DNA of 64,000 bases from an uncultured Rivularia sp. (GTDB lineage Bacteria; Cyanobacteriota; Cyanobacteriia; Cyanobacteriales; Nostocaceae). Numbering within the stretch: the stretch's first letter is position 1; the number at the start of each line of letters is the position of its first letter. The translations under genes and the position numbers were made by a program. The DNA lies in contig OY762007.1 in assembly GCA_963665115.1 (NCBI GenBank), forward strand, positions 6,496,001 through 6,560,000, given 5' to 3'. The notes under the pieces are model-generated. The model worked only from the letters and a program-made list of their open reading frames with translations, was not told the DNA's origin and searched no databases. Below, piece after piece: positions 21,976-32,976 of the stretch.

Positions 21976-23382
21976 ACTCTCTACTTCTAACCTTTGACCT
22001 TTGACCTCACCCACCTGTAAATGTTGTAATATCAGCTGACATACATCGGTTGCTTTGATAGATTCGGAATTTATTAAGTTGCTTTGTTTGCTAATGAATA
22101 AAGGTCCCATTTCGGGGGTGGGAGGAATACATCCGTGAGAACCTTTTACTAAGGAAGCGTCTAATGGAATTACATCCATCAAGTAACGAAAACCAAGCTT
22201 TTTCTTGAGCAGTTTTGAACCTACTTTTAATTTAGGAAATTTGACTTTGGGATCGACAAATAACTCTACTGGATCGTAACCCGGTTTGCGATGAATATCT
22301 ACTGTTCTGGCAAAGTCTGGAGCGCGTTTATCATCGAGCCAGTAATAATAGGTAAACCATGCATTACTGTTGGCAACAGCTACTAATTCCCCACTTCGAG
22401 AATGATTTAGATCGTAATCTGGTTTGTTAGTTTCGTCTAAAACATAGTCTATTCCCTCAGCTTGTTCTAATAAACTCTTAACTTGAGGAATGTAGTCAAC
22501 ATCATTAACGTAAACGTGAGCAATTTGATGATCTGCAACGGCAAAAGCTTTACTAGCACCAGCATCAAGGAGTTCTCTTCCTTCTTCCTCGCGGATGGCT
22601 AATAAACCTTTGGAACGTAACAATCTATTAATATGAATAGGTTGAGAAACGGGTGTAATACCATACTCCGATAATACAATAACGGAAGCACCACGTTGTT
22701 CGTAAAAATTAATTAAATCGCCGCAAACTGCATCTACTTCTTGTAATTCTTTAGCTATTTTGTCTTGGTTAGGGCCAAACTTTTGCAAACAGTAATCTAA
22801 ATGCGGTAGATAAATTAAAGTTAGATTTGGGCTGCATTTTTCTTCCACCCATTTCGATGAATTGGCAATCCATTTTGTAGATTCAATTGATGCAGTTGGT
22901 CCCCAAAAGTTAAATAAAGGAAATTGACCAAACTCTGCTTGTAATTGATCGCGAAACTTACTTGGATGAGTATAAATATCGGGTATCTTCCTACCATCAG
23001 CAGGATACATCGGTCGAGGAGTCACTGCATAATTAGCCGAGGAGTACATATTGTACCACCAGAACATATTCGCGCAGGTAAAATCAGGATCAAATTTCCG
23101 CGCTATGTCCCATATTTTAGAAGATTGAACTAACTTATTCGACTGTCGCCAAAACTTCGTTTCGCAATCATCTCGAAAATACCAACCATTACCCACAATG
23201 CCATGTTCGTTAGGCATTTTTCCCGTTAAATAAGTAGACTGTACAGAACAAGTTACCGCCGGTAAAACTGGATCTACGGTAGCAACCTTTCCTTTTTCCG
23301 CCCACTCTGAAAGCATTGGTGTATGCTTTCCTAATAAACTTGGGGTTAATCCGACTACGTTAATTACTACTGTTTTATTCAT
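21955..23382 (-). CDS. eboF: EboF, alkaline phosphatase/nucleotide pyrophosphatase family
   Basis: VVINVVGL, PAVTCSVQSTYLTG, HGIVGNGW, YLPHLDY, DIHRKPGYDPVEL, KGSHG; position in the ebo block. Confidence 0.9.
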   Translation of the reverse strand: MNKTVVINVVGLTPSLLGKHTPMLSEWAEKGKVATVDPVLPAVTCSVQSTYLTGKMPNEHGIVGNGWYFRDDCETKFWRQSNKLVQSSKIWDIARKFDPDFTCANMFWWYNMYSSANYAVTPRPMYPADGRKIPDIYTHPSKFRDQLQAEFGQFPLFNFWGPTASIESTKWIANSSKWVEEKCSPNLTLIYLPHLDYCLQKFGPNQDKIAKELQEVDAVCGDLINFYEQRGASVIVLSEYGITPVSQPIHINRLLRSKGLLAIREEEGRELLDAGASKAFAVADHQIAHVYVNDVDYIPQVKSLLEQAEGIDYVLDETNKPDYDLNHSRSGELVAVANSNAWFTYYYWLDDKRAPDFARTVDIHRKPGYDPVELFVDPKVKFPKLKVGSKLLKKKLGFRYLMDVIPLDASLVKGSHGCIPPTPEMGPLFISKQSNLINSESIKATDVCQLILQHLQVGEVKGQRLEVESSSTSTH

Positions 23383-23662
23383 AAAATAATTGGGGATTGG
23401 GGATTGGGGATTGGGGATTGATAATTACTCCTCCAATCGCTTTCCGATTACCTATCTCTTTCTATCCCCTCTGCGTCTAGAAGGGTTTTTATAATAGGTA
23501 ATATTCTATCGGGAAGAGACTAGGAATAGGTAATTGGGAATTGGGGATTGAAAGTTTTTCTTACCTGTAAAATAGCAAGGGAGCAAGATGCTCCCACTAC
23601 AAATGGTTATGACTCTTATTAATTTCTAACTCCTAACTCCCAACTCTTCAATGCCCCATGCC

Positions 23663-24919
23663 CTATGCCCCAATTTGTACTAACTCTTGATAATTGATTG
23701 CTTGTAGTTTCCACAAAACCCATTCATACTCGCGCTGAATGGATGCTGCGATATCGACTTTCATTTCAGGGGGTAATACTTCCCAAGTGTAAGTTTCGAT
23801 TTCTAGATGATTGCAAATTTCTTTCTTTTGTAATAGCTCAAATACGGTAACTATGTCATCTTGTGTTGACTGTACTACCTCATAATCGTCAATAAATAAT
23901 GGCACGTGAAAGTGAGTGCGCCATTCGGAAGCCGTGCTTTCTTCAAGAAAAGATAATGCCGATCCTAAATCTGGATAATGTTGCAGCTTTCCATCTGCGT
24001 AACGAGCGATTACTTGATGTAAATATGTAGATTCGGCAAAAGGCTGCAATCTATCTTTTAATAATAGCCTTTCACTTTTATCTTGCGGTATTTTAGCTTT
24101 TAATGCTGCGCTAATTTGAATTTTACCTATTTGAATACCTGCTGTTGCAAATCTTTCAAATACAGAAGCTGGATCTTCATATTCAACTGCAAAATGGCAG
24201 GTGTCGTAACATACTCGCACGTGTTCTAATAACAGCACCTCGGCTGCTGCTTGAGGAATTCCCAAGGTTTTTGCTAAATATGTTCCACCGATGGGCAACA
24301 AGTATTTCTCAAAATATTTTATTACTTCATCGGCGTTTTCAAGTAATGCATCGGGTTCTGGCTCTAAGTTCAAATGTAGAACTTTGTCGGTTGCAGCGCG
24401 GATTCTGACCATTTGCGCTACTATTTGCGCTATGTGAATAGTCGCACTGCTGGTTACTTTCGCCTGAGAAAGTTGATTCCCATCGAACCACGGTTTATAA
24501 GATAAAGGTACTGTGGAAATGCTACCTTCAATTTCTTCGGGTAATAGTTCGGCAAGAATTTGAGTTAATCGCAATGTATAGTCTAAACGCTGTTGTTTAG
24601 ACCAATCCGGCGCATAAACTTTGTCTTTTACTATTTGTAAATGGAAGCCTCCATAAGGAAAACCATTCAGTGTAAAAACGTATAAATCGTGTTCATTTAA
24701 CCACGACTTAAACTCTTCTAAAGTGTTACCTTGCAAAAGTTCTCTAGATGCTGCATCTGCTAAACGCAACCCAATACCGAAAGGTTGATTTGGAGATAGC
24801 TTTTTCTTGAGAGATGGAATGTATTGCACTAAATTAGCAAAAACCTGATTCCAATCTTCACCGGGGTGAATATTAGTGCAGTAAGTCAGGTGAAAGTTTT
24901 TGTTAGAAAAGATTTTCAT
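23663..24919 (-). CDS. eboE: EboE, TIM-barrel metabolite traffic protein
   Basis: LTYCTNIHPGE, TLNGFPYG, LEPEP, CYDTCHFAVEYE, WRTHFHVP, LEIETYTW. Confidence 0.92.
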   Translation of the reverse strand: MKIFSNKNFHLTYCTNIHPGEDWNQVFANLVQYIPSLKKKLSPNQPFGIGLRLADAASRELLQGNTLEEFKSWLNEHDLYVFTLNGFPYGGFHLQIVKDKVYAPDWSKQQRLDYTLRLTQILAELLPEEIEGSISTVPLSYKPWFDGNQLSQAKVTSSATIHIAQIVAQMVRIRAATDKVLHLNLEPEPDALLENADEVIKYFEKYLLPIGGTYLAKTLGIPQAAAEVLLLEHVRVCYDTCHFAVEYEDPASVFERFATAGIQIGKIQISAALKAKIPQDKSERLLLKDRLQPFAESTYLHQVIARYADGKLQHYPDLGSALSFLEESTASEWRTHFHVPLFIDDYEVVQSTQDDIVTVFELLQKKEICNHLEIETYTWEVLPPEMKVDIAASIQREYEWVLWKLQAINYQELVQIGA

Positions 24920-24977
24920 TTTTATAACTATTTATCAGATGCTAAACGCAAATTGCAAATAGCAACATTGCGAATAA

Positions 24978-26177
24978 TTACATTTTCGCATTAGATAACA
25001 GTGTAATTGCTTGTTGATATGAAGAATTTTTCACTGCATGAACCTCAATTTCTTCTCCAATTCTTCGCAAAAGCGTCAAGGTTAATTCTCCACCCAAATG
25101 TTCGCGAAATTCGTTTAGCCCTCTAAACAAACATCTTGGATGTTTTATTTCAGATTCTTCATTAAGTTCGGGAACGTATAGCTCAAATCCTAATGTTTTT
25201 AAAGTGTTCAGTATTTGTTGCCATTCTGCATGAGTCAACATTCCTTCTAAATAAGAATAAGTGCTATCTAAAGCCATGCCAATTGCTACCGCTTCACCAT
25301 GACGCAAGCGGTAATTAGTCAACTGTTCGAGCTTGTGAGCCGCCCAATGTCCAAAATCAAGGGGACGAGAAGAACCCATTTCAAAAGCATCGCCGCTGGT
25401 GGCAATATGTTGTAAATGCAACTGAGCGCATCTGTAAATTACCTGCTGCATGATTTCCAAATCACGACGAGCTAGAAGTGCAGCATTATTAGAAATAAAC
25501 TCGAAAAAGTCCGCATCTTTAATCAGCGCGACTTTCACCGCTTCAGCAATACCCGATCGCCAATCTCGTTCGTCAAGGCTGTTGAGAAAATCAAAATCAT
25601 TCAAAACAGCGTAAGGTGGTGCAAAGCTTCCTAAAAAGTTCTTTTTACCAAAAGCATTAATACCGTTTTTGACTCCTACCGCAGAATCATTTTGAGCTAA
25701 GACAGTGGTAGGAATACGGATGATTCTAATTCCGCGATGGGCTGTAGCTGCCGCGTATCCAACTAAATCGAGAACTGCACCACCACCGATCGCAATTATA
25801 TAAGAGTGACGACAAATACCAGCAGTATCAACCAACTGATGAATTTCTTCAAGCAATTGGGGGTTATTTTTCGCAGCTTCACCACCAGGAACTACGAAAG
25901 GATCGGCAGACAAAGTTAAGATATCAGAATTGAAACGGCAATATTCCCCCAATTCGTCAAGCAACCCATTTCGATGTGACAGCAAACCACCATCGACAAC
26001 AGCCATCACCTTTTTCGGTTCAGCTTCTCCATCATTTGCAATAATCGAAGCTAAAAGTGAATTATCCAAATCAAAAATACCGTTAGTGAAGTGAACCGGA
26101 TAGTTAAAAGTCACCTCAACACGTTGCTGAATCGGTTGCAGATTATATTTAGTCTTGCTTTTTACTTCTAATATCAT
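24978..26177 (-). CDS. eboD: EboD, 3-dehydroquinate synthase-like sugar-phosphate cyclase (often annotated aroB)
   Basis: PGGEAAKN, IGGGAVLD, PTTVLAQNDSAVGVKN, LDFGHWAAHKLE, HGEAV. Confidence 0.88.
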   Translation of the reverse strand: MILEVKSKTKYNLQPIQQRVEVTFNYPVHFTNGIFDLDNSLLASIIANDGEAEPKKVMAVVDGGLLSHRNGLLDELGEYCRFNSDILTLSADPFVVPGGEAAKNNPQLLEEIHQLVDTAGICRHSYIIAIGGGAVLDLVGYAAATAHRGIRIIRIPTTVLAQNDSAVGVKNGINAFGKKNFLGSFAPPYAVLNDFDFLNSLDERDWRSGIAEAVKVALIKDADFFEFISNNAALLARRDLEIMQQVIYRCAQLHLQHIATSGDAFEMGSSRPLDFGHWAAHKLEQLTNYRLRHGEAVAIGMALDSTYSYLEGMLTHAEWQQILNTLKTLGFELYVPELNEESEIKHPRCLFRGLNEFREHLGGELTLTLLRRIGEEIEVHAVKNSSYQQAITLLSNAKM

Positions 26178-26301
26178 AATTAATAACTAATAATTGGTAA
26201 TTGGTAATTGGTAATTGGTAATTGGTAATTGGTAATTGGGAATTGGGAAAGGGGAAGAGGGGGGAGACAAAAAGACAAGGAGATAAGCTAATTCCTAATT
26301 C

Positions 26302-26943
26302 CTAACTCTCAATTCCTAACTGTTCGCTGTTCGCTGCTAACTGCTTAAGAAACGTTTCTTTGGACTGAGAACCGCTAATTTTTACTTCGTTATTAATGAT
26401 AAAAAATGGTACGCTATTAATACCCAAACTCCGAGCCTTATCTGATTCAATAACAATGGCATTGCGGGCATTTTTATCGTTTAATTGCTCTGCTAATTGA
26501 GGAGAATCTATTCCGCATAATTTAGCAATTGATATTATACGATCGACATTTCCCAAATTTAAACCTTCTTCAAAGTAAGCTTTATAAATTGCTTCAACAA
26601 CTTTACTTTTAAGAGGTTTCGGAGTTAATTCGATCAGTCGGTGAGAGAGAGTTGTATTAACAGCCAATCGCACCTTTTCAAAATCCAATATTACGCCAGC
26701 AGCTTCACCCATGCGTCTCGTATAATCAAACATCTGCTGTAATTGTTGCAGTGACATTCCCTTTCGCTGCTGCATAAAATTACGGAATTCATATCCTTGA
26801 TTCGGAACTGAATTATCCAACAAAAAAGGATGCCAGCGAATCTCTACAGCTTCGCATTCATATTCCGAAAGCGCATCAAAAAGGTGCTTTTTCCCAATTC
26901 GACACCAAGGACATACGGTATCATGAAATACGTCAATTAGCAT
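26302..26943 (-). CDS. dsbA: DsbA/FrnE family thiol oxidoreductase
   Basis: DTVCPWCRIG, GINSVPFF, SGSQ; conserved position in scytonemin clusters. Confidence 0.88.
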   Translation of the reverse strand: MLIDVFHDTVCPWCRIGKKHLFDALSEYECEAVEIRWHPFLLDNSVPNQGYEFRNFMQQRKGMSLQQLQQMFDYTRRMGEAAGVILDFEKVRLAVNTTLSHRLIELTPKPLKSKVVEAIYKAYFEEGLNLGNVDRIISIAKLCGIDSPQLAEQLNDKNARNAIVIESDKARSLGINSVPFFIINNEVKISGSQSKETFLKQLAANSEQLGIES

Positions 26944-27065
26944 AGTTTTTATTTTGAAAGGGATTAGGGAATAAGCAACAGTGAGAATATAATAAATAGA
27001 TTTTGAGGTTATTTAGGTTTATAGTAAATATCTTTAGCTCTTATTTTAAGGACTAAATTTATTTT

Positions 27066-27228
27066 CACATCTTGTACCATTCTCCTTAAGCCCACATTAC
27101 CAGCTTGAAATCAATTTCAAGACCTATATATAAAGCACGTTGAAACGCACTAAAATCCTTATTTAGTCCTTGGTATGTGAGCCTGGGGATTTATTCCAAG
27201 GTGGTTGTTGAAAATGGTACAAGATGTC
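27066..27228. mobile_element. MITE-like element, about 160 bp
   Basis: Terminal inverted repeats acatcttgtaccatt / aatggtacaagatgt; internal palindromes cttgaaatcaatttcaag and cctggggatttattccaagg. Confidence 0.6.
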
Positions 27229-27273
27229 AGTTACTGCTAACTATTACTCATTACCCATTACCTCTTATCTTAA

Positions 27274-28200
27274 TCAAGTAGTAAGCAAAACATTCTCACT
27301 ACGATTTGTTTTACCTTTATCAAGATATTCTTGTGAAGTAAAACTATTATTAATCAAATAATCGTCTATTGTTTCTTCTTCTTTGTCTTCAGAAGCTAAA
27401 GCTTGATTAAAAAAGTTTTGAGTAGATTCAAACTCTTTAATTAATCCGTCTCTATCTTTTTCAGTTACAAGTTTAGCCAAACGGCTGTAAGTTTCGGCAA
27501 GAGTAACTATAGCTTCACATCTTTCTTCTGTGGCTAACATAATGTCCGCACATAAATGCGAACTTTGAGCAAATAAACGTTTAAGAATATCAATTTCTTG
27601 GCAGTAAGTTGGACTAGCCATTGATAAACTACGCTGAATATCGATATTTTCTTCAGCTAAAAATACGCCCAAACTGAACCTCGCAAAATGACGCATTGCT
27701 TGAACAATCGTCATCATCTTATCGTGTTCTTCAGGTGTCGATTCTACCAAGTTGCTGCCTTTAGCCTTGAAAAAATCTAATAACCATTGAAACCTGTCGT
27801 CATTTCGTCCCCGACATACCACTATAATCTGTTGTGCAAAGGATTCAACTTTCGGACCAAACATTGGATGTAAACCCATTACAGCCCCTTCGTGGTACTC
27901 CAACATTGCCTGTACGGGTTCAACTTTGACACTAGTAATATCGGCGATCGCCGCAGTCGGTTTCAAATATTGAGCGGCACGCTTAATTACTTCAACAGTT
28001 TTCTCAATGGGAACTGAAACTAACACTAAGTCAGCATCACTAAGTAACTTTTGTGCAAACGGCCAATCTTGATTTCCGAAAGCGCACACTTGATGCCCGC
28101 TTGCCGAAAGTTCGCGAGCAAACCACTGTCCCATCTGCCCGCGTCCCCCGATGATAGTAATTCGTTGAGACTTACCCTTATTTTCTGTTTGAGAAATCAT
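27274..28200 (-). CDS. tyrA: Prephenate dehydrogenase
   Basis: IIGGRGQMG, DITSVK, GLHPMFGP, EEHDKMMTIVQAMRHF. Confidence 0.93.
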   Translation of the reverse strand: MISQTENKGKSQRITIIGGRGQMGQWFARELSASGHQVCAFGNQDWPFAQKLLSDADLVLVSVPIEKTVEVIKRAAQYLKPTAAIADITSVKVEPVQAMLEYHEGAVMGLHPMFGPKVESFAQQIIVVCRGRNDDRFQWLLDFFKAKGSNLVESTPEEHDKMMTIVQAMRHFARFSLGVFLAEENIDIQRSLSMASPTYCQEIDILKRLFAQSSHLCADIMLATEERCEAIVTLAETYSRLAKLVTEKDRDGLIKEFESTQNFFNQALASEDKEEETIDDYLINNSFTSQEYLDKGKTNRSENVLLTT

Positions 28201-28599
28201 ATTTAAATTCTTAGTATTTCATGCGGTAAACGCTATCAAGAGCGTAATAGTTGATTAATGTAGCGGTATTATTAAAGCAATAAATGTCAAACTGCCTTTA
28301 ATATTATTTATTTCTAAATATCTTTTTCAAAATTATGCCTAAAATTAAAATCCCTATTCCAATAGCATAATTATACTTTAATAGATCGATTAATCTTTAA
28401 TATGTATATTTGATATATTTTTTGTTAATTGATTTATTTTTAGGAAAAAGAAATCGGGGATTGGTAATTGGTAATGGGGAATAGAAAAATAAAAATGTCT
28501 TAATAAACTTGAGTCGCTGCTCTAGCGTAACTGCTCTATTTAAGATAGTTAAAATAATTTGTAACTCCCAACTCCCTATCCCCAATCCAAAATCCAAAA

Positions 28600-29877
28600 T
28601 CATCTAACCCCTAACTTCTTTTCTATTGCTGGTAAAATGCCAGGTACCTTGCGATAAATAGCTTTAGTAAAAACAGATTCATAAGCTGTTAATGCTTGTT
28701 CAAAAGAATAGCGATCGACAGCAAATTTTCTTGCCTTTTCACCCAGTTTCTTTACTAAAACAGGGTTGCTATATAAACTCATAATTGCAGCAGCTAAATC
28801 TTGGGGTGATTCTGGTGCGACAACTACACCACCACCACTTTCTCTAACTGCACGGGCTGCTGTACCGGAAGCAGGAACGGATGCAATAATTGGACTTCCA
28901 GAAGCCAACAATAAGGGTATTTTGGAAGGCATATTAAAAGAAATCACGTTGCGTTTTTGGACTACCAAACCCACATTAGCAGCCGCGAGCATTTCTGGTA
29001 ATTTTTCTCGTGGTTGCAAGGGTAGTAATAAAACATTATCCGCACCACAAGCTAAACAATGTTTTTGCAACCTTTTCAACGCCTTGGATTCTCCAGCAAT
29101 GACAAAAGCAATTTCAGGAATATGACTTAATGATGCCGCTGTTTCTATTACCGTTTCCAAGCCTTGAGTTAAAGCAATATTTCCCGAATAAAGCGCCACA
29201 AATTTGTTCTCTAATTTGTGAATAGCTTTCCATTTTTGAGCTTCTTGTGGCAAAGGGCGAATAAAATTGACATCTACCCAATTAGGAATACAGGCAATTT
29301 TTTTTATAGGAACTTTCTTATTAACTAAATTCTTAACAAATCCATCGGCAATGACGCTAATTGTATGAGCTTTTTTATAAGCAAATTTTTCTAAAACTTC
29401 CAAAGCACGAATCATGAATTTATTTTTCAATAATCCAGTTCTTATTGCAGCTTCTGGTAAAATATCTTGTACGTTCAATACCACCGGACAATTATAAAAC
29501 CAGCCTAAAAATGTCGCAGGTAGCGAAACTAATAAAGGTGGAACAGTTAAAAGAATAACATCAGGTCGCCAACCATTCAGAGCTTGGGGCAAACTTGTAA
29601 ATACAAAGCTTAATTCTAATAGTAAGCGATCGATTAAATTAGGCTTAGATTTAATTCTTAAATAACAGCGTTGAATAGTTACGCCATTTTTCTCTTCCGT
29701 GACATACCACTTACCCCGATACTCTTCGTAAATCTCGCGCTGTGGATAATTCGGCATACCAGTAATCACCCGCACCTGATGCCCTTTTTTAGCCAATCCC
29801 TCAGCAAGCTCAGTCATTAAAGGTGCAATTCCGATAGGTTCGGGATGATAATTATAAGAATAAATTAGAATTTGCAT
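28600..29877 (-). CDS. GT4 glycosyltransferase (WcaI-like) of the scytonemin cluster
   Basis: YNYHPEPIGIA, GMPNYP, IPNWVD, YSGNI, MPSKI. Confidence 0.9.
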   Translation of the reverse strand: MQILIYSYNYHPEPIGIAPLMTELAEGLAKKGHQVRVITGMPNYPQREIYEEYRGKWYVTEEKNGVTIQRCYLRIKSKPNLIDRLLLELSFVFTSLPQALNGWRPDVILLTVPPLLVSLPATFLGWFYNCPVVLNVQDILPEAAIRTGLLKNKFMIRALEVLEKFAYKKAHTISVIADGFVKNLVNKKVPIKKIACIPNWVDVNFIRPLPQEAQKWKAIHKLENKFVALYSGNIALTQGLETVIETAASLSHIPEIAFVIAGESKALKRLQKHCLACGADNVLLLPLQPREKLPEMLAAANVGLVVQKRNVISFNMPSKIPLLLASGSPIIASVPASGTAARAVRESGGGVVVAPESPQDLAAAIMSLYSNPVLVKKLGEKARKFAVDRYSFEQALTAYESVFTKAIYRKVPGILPAIEKKLGVR

Positions 29878-29987
29878 TTACATCGACTTTTTATAAGTTA
29901 ATAGGGAATGGGGCATAAGGCATTGGAAGCTTTGAATTTTTAACTCTTAATTCTTAACTCCTTATCCCCTCACCCATCATGTGTATC

Positions 29988-30887
29988 CTAAGTGACTGCG
30001 AATAATCTCGCCAGCAGCATGGATATTAGTAGTAAAAACAACACTGCTAAGCCATAAGTAAAGCCTGCAAAACTACAGCTAAGAGTTGCATCTAATACTA
30101 TAAGTGATAAAATCCCCGAACGCACTGCCATACGTATATTTTCGGCATTTGGCTGACCTGCGGCTTTTACAAAAGGAACTAGCACGCGCCAGCTAAGTAA
30201 AATCACGAATGGTAATACAGCCAAAAAGTAAGATTTATTTAACCAGCCTAATCCTAATAGTCCAGCAATAACCGTACCCATTAGCATCAATGCTACAACA
30301 CCTGTAGTGCGTTTTCCACCATGTACTTCACCTTGGCTAATAGCTGTAATCGCGGCAATATAAATAATCGGAATTAAAGCCAAATACCAGTTTTCTCTCA
30401 GCACTGGCAACAAAATACTTACACCTAGTAGTAAGTTACCACCGCGACAAATCCCCATATTTAAAGGACCGAAAAACGTGTGATGTTTTCCATAAGCGTC
30501 ATAAAGCAAAGCCGCAGCGGCCACACCAGAGGCAATACAAAAACTTAACCAAGAAACTTGAGCCGCAGCAAGTATACCAGTAATTAGAAATACGCTACCT
30601 AAAAAAGTTGCTCCCCACAGAGAAGCTCTACCGTTAGGAATAGGTCTTTCCGGTCTTTCTTTAGCATCTAATTCCGCATCAAAAACATCATTAAATACAA
30701 CACCACCACCGTATAAACCAGTAGTAGCCAAGAGTAACCATGCAACAGGTGCCGGATTATCTAAAACTGCAAAACCAGAAACCGCAATACCTGCCAGTAC
30801 ATCCGCCCAAGCAGTGACAATATTTGCAGGTCGCGTTAACTGTATATACGCCCAGAGGCGGTTGGTGTTTAAAGTTGCCGTGTTCAT
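29988..30887 (-). CDS. eboC: EboC, UbiA prenyltransferase family
   Basis: RPANIVTAWAD, NDVFDAELDAKERPERPIP, MGICRGGNLLLG; multiple TM segments. Confidence 0.92.
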   Translation of the reverse strand: MNTATLNTNRLWAYIQLTRPANIVTAWADVLAGIAVSGFAVLDNPAPVAWLLLATTGLYGGGVVFNDVFDAELDAKERPERPIPNGRASLWGATFLGSVFLITGILAAAQVSWLSFCIASGVAAAALLYDAYGKHHTFFGPLNMGICRGGNLLLGVSILLPVLRENWYLALIPIIYIAAITAISQGEVHGGKRTTGVVALMLMGTVIAGLLGLGWLNKSYFLAVLPFVILLSWRVLVPFVKAAGQPNAENIRMAVRSGILSLIVLDATLSCSFAGFTYGLAVLFLLLISMLLARLFAVT

Positions 30888-30991
30888 GATTTAAAGAGAG
30901 AGGGGGAGATGGGGAAGAGGGGACAAGGAGATGGGGAGAGGGGGTAGAAATTGTTCGCTTTAACTTTTAACCTATCCCCTATGCCCAACTC

Positions 30992-31900
30992 TTACTCGAT
31001 TAGTGCGTATTCGGTTTTAGACTCTTCAACAACTGGCTTTTGTCCGCGCAGTACGGAGTTGCCGCTGAATAATTCGCGCTGATCGATTGGAGATGAATTT
31101 AACCAGTCAGATTCCTGTATTTGACCGCTTTGGCTGTATGCTGCAAGGGCGTTTTCGTAACAGGTGGCTCGCACATGAGCTTGCTGAATGCCTCTCTCTA
31201 GCATCAATTGAGCGGTTTTTGGTACTGCTAAAGGATCGCTTACTCCCCAATCGGCGCTACTGTCTACAATGATTCTTTCGCAACCGTATTGACGTACAAC
31301 TTCCACCATCCGAGCGTTACCCATTTTGGTGTTGGGATAAATTGTAAACGCTGCCCAGAAACCTCTATCCAATACATCTTTGACGGTTTCTTCATTGTTA
31401 TGATCCATTACCACCTTGGATGGTTCCAAACCATGTTCGATACATACCTCCATGCTGCGAATGGTACCCGCTTTTTTATCGCGGTGCGGTGTATGAATCA
31501 TTACCAGCATATCTAATTCTTTCGCTAACTCTAACTGCAAGCGAAAGTACTTATCTTCCGCCGGTGTCATATCGTCGTAACCAATTTCACCGATCGCAAC
31601 TACACCTTCTTTACAAGCATACAAAGGTAATAATTCCATTACCTGTTCCGCCAAAGGTTCGTTATTAGCTTCCTTCGAGTTCAAGCCAATAGTGCAGTAA
31701 TGCTTGATGCCAAACTGCGACGCTCTAAAGCGTTCCCAGCCCACCAAACTGCTGTAATAATCTTGAAAAGAACCAATATTAGTCCGTGGTTGTCCCATCC
31801 AAAAAGAAGGTTCAATCACCGCAACAATACCCGCATCACGCATTTTTTCGTAATCATCGGTAGTGCGGGAACTCATGTGAATATGTGGATCTATGTACAT
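30992..31900 (-). CDS. eboB: EboB, TatD-like metallohydrolase
   Basis: DPHIHMSSRTTDDY, GEIGYD, IHTPHRDK, DSSADWG. Confidence 0.92.
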   Translation of the reverse strand: MYIDPHIHMSSRTTDDYEKMRDAGIVAVIEPSFWMGQPRTNIGSFQDYYSSLVGWERFRASQFGIKHYCTIGLNSKEANNEPLAEQVMELLPLYACKEGVVAIGEIGYDDMTPAEDKYFRLQLELAKELDMLVMIHTPHRDKKAGTIRSMEVCIEHGLEPSKVVMDHNNEETVKDVLDRGFWAAFTIYPNTKMGNARMVEVVRQYGCERIIVDSSADWGVSDPLAVPKTAQLMLERGIQQAHVRATCYENALAAYSQSGQIQESDWLNSSPIDQRELFSGNSVLRGQKPVVEESKTEYALIE

Positions 31901-32049
31901 AATAATAATTTTGGATTTTAGATTTTAGATTTTAGATTTTAGATTTTGGGAATAGGGCATTGGTAATTGGTAATTGGTAATTGGTAAGAGTTAGGAATTA
32001 AAAATTAGGAGTTAGAAATTATAGGATTTTCTTCCCCCTCTACCCCCTC

Positions 32050-32976
32050 TCATCGAACATTTTTCCAAGTCAGTCTTCCTACTTGAATATCGTTTTGCAA
32101 TTCTGGATATCGAGCTAAAATATCTTGTGTTTGGGGTAAGGGACAGTCGGCACAAGCTAAAGCTGCTGCGGTTCTTTCAAGTAGTTTCTTTTGTCCTTTA
32201 CCGTTTGAATAGCTTTTATTTTGAGATTCGGTTAAAACGCGCTCTAAATCGGCTAACATTTCACTGTTGGCGAATTTTCCGACGCATCGCCATAATTCGG
32301 GTGATACGTCGCGCCCAGCAGCCCATCTTTCGTGAGCGTAATCAACCAGCATTCTGGCTAGCTCTGGATTTGCTCGTTCGTCGATTCCTTGAATTAAATG
32401 TAAGGGACTACCGAGAAACAAAGCTTTTAAAACCATTTGATTCCAAGCCAGATTGTCTAAATACTTTGCTGGATAAGGATTATTTAAAGCAACGGCATTA
32501 AAGACTGCTGTCATATTGCTGCGGATACCTTCCGCCGCGCGATAGCAGAATCTTTCTGGAGAAGGAAGCAGCGGTAATGCTTGATATAGTGCTACTAATT
32601 CCCTTACGTCGGCAGCGGCGAATACTTGGTTTAATATCTGTAAATATTTATCTGTATAATTTGATGGTAAACTCAATACCAGTAATGTTCGAGCCGATTG
32701 GTCTATAGTCCAATTAGCTGGATACCAGTTATTGCAAACATTTGAGGCTGATTCTAATTCTTCTACCGTGGGCTGTATTTCGTTTTTATCTGTATAACGA
32801 GGTACTGCACTAAAGGCAGTAAAGAATAGAAAAGGTGCGGCACCTTCGCCGATCTGCTGTCGCTTTTGATCTAACCAATTGAGAGCTTCAGTATTGACTT
32901 GTCGTGATACCCAGCGGTAAAGTAAATCTTCAGCAGTAATATTTTGTGTTTCTATATAACTTATAGCAAGTGACAT
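32050..32976 (-). CDS. eboA: EboA
   Basis: AEGIRSNM, NNPYPA, WNQMVLKALF, DYAHERWAAGR. Confidence 0.9.
   Translation of the reverse strand: MSLAISYIETQNITAEDLLYRWVSRQVNTEALNWLDQKRQQIGEGAAPFLFFTAFSAVPRYTDKNEIQPTVEELESASNVCNNWYPANWTIDQSARTLLVLSLPSNYTDKYLQILNQVFAAADVRELVALYQALPLLPSPERFCYRAAEGIRSNMTAVFNAVALNNPYPAKYLDNLAWNQMVLKALFLGSPLHLIQGIDERANPELARMLVDYAHERWAAGRDVSPELWRCVGKFANSEMLADLERVLTESQNKSYSNGKGQKKLLERTAAALACADCPLPQTQDILARYPELQNDIQVGRLTWKNVR

Noticed and set aside
24978..26177. Mycosporine (MAA) DDG synthase or housekeeping aroB
   Set aside because: No O-methyltransferase or ATP-grasp neighbours; motifs and position next to eboE/eboF indicate EboD.
21955..32976. ebo genes as a novel system
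   Set aside because: Already described as a widespread cluster linked to scytonemin precursor export.
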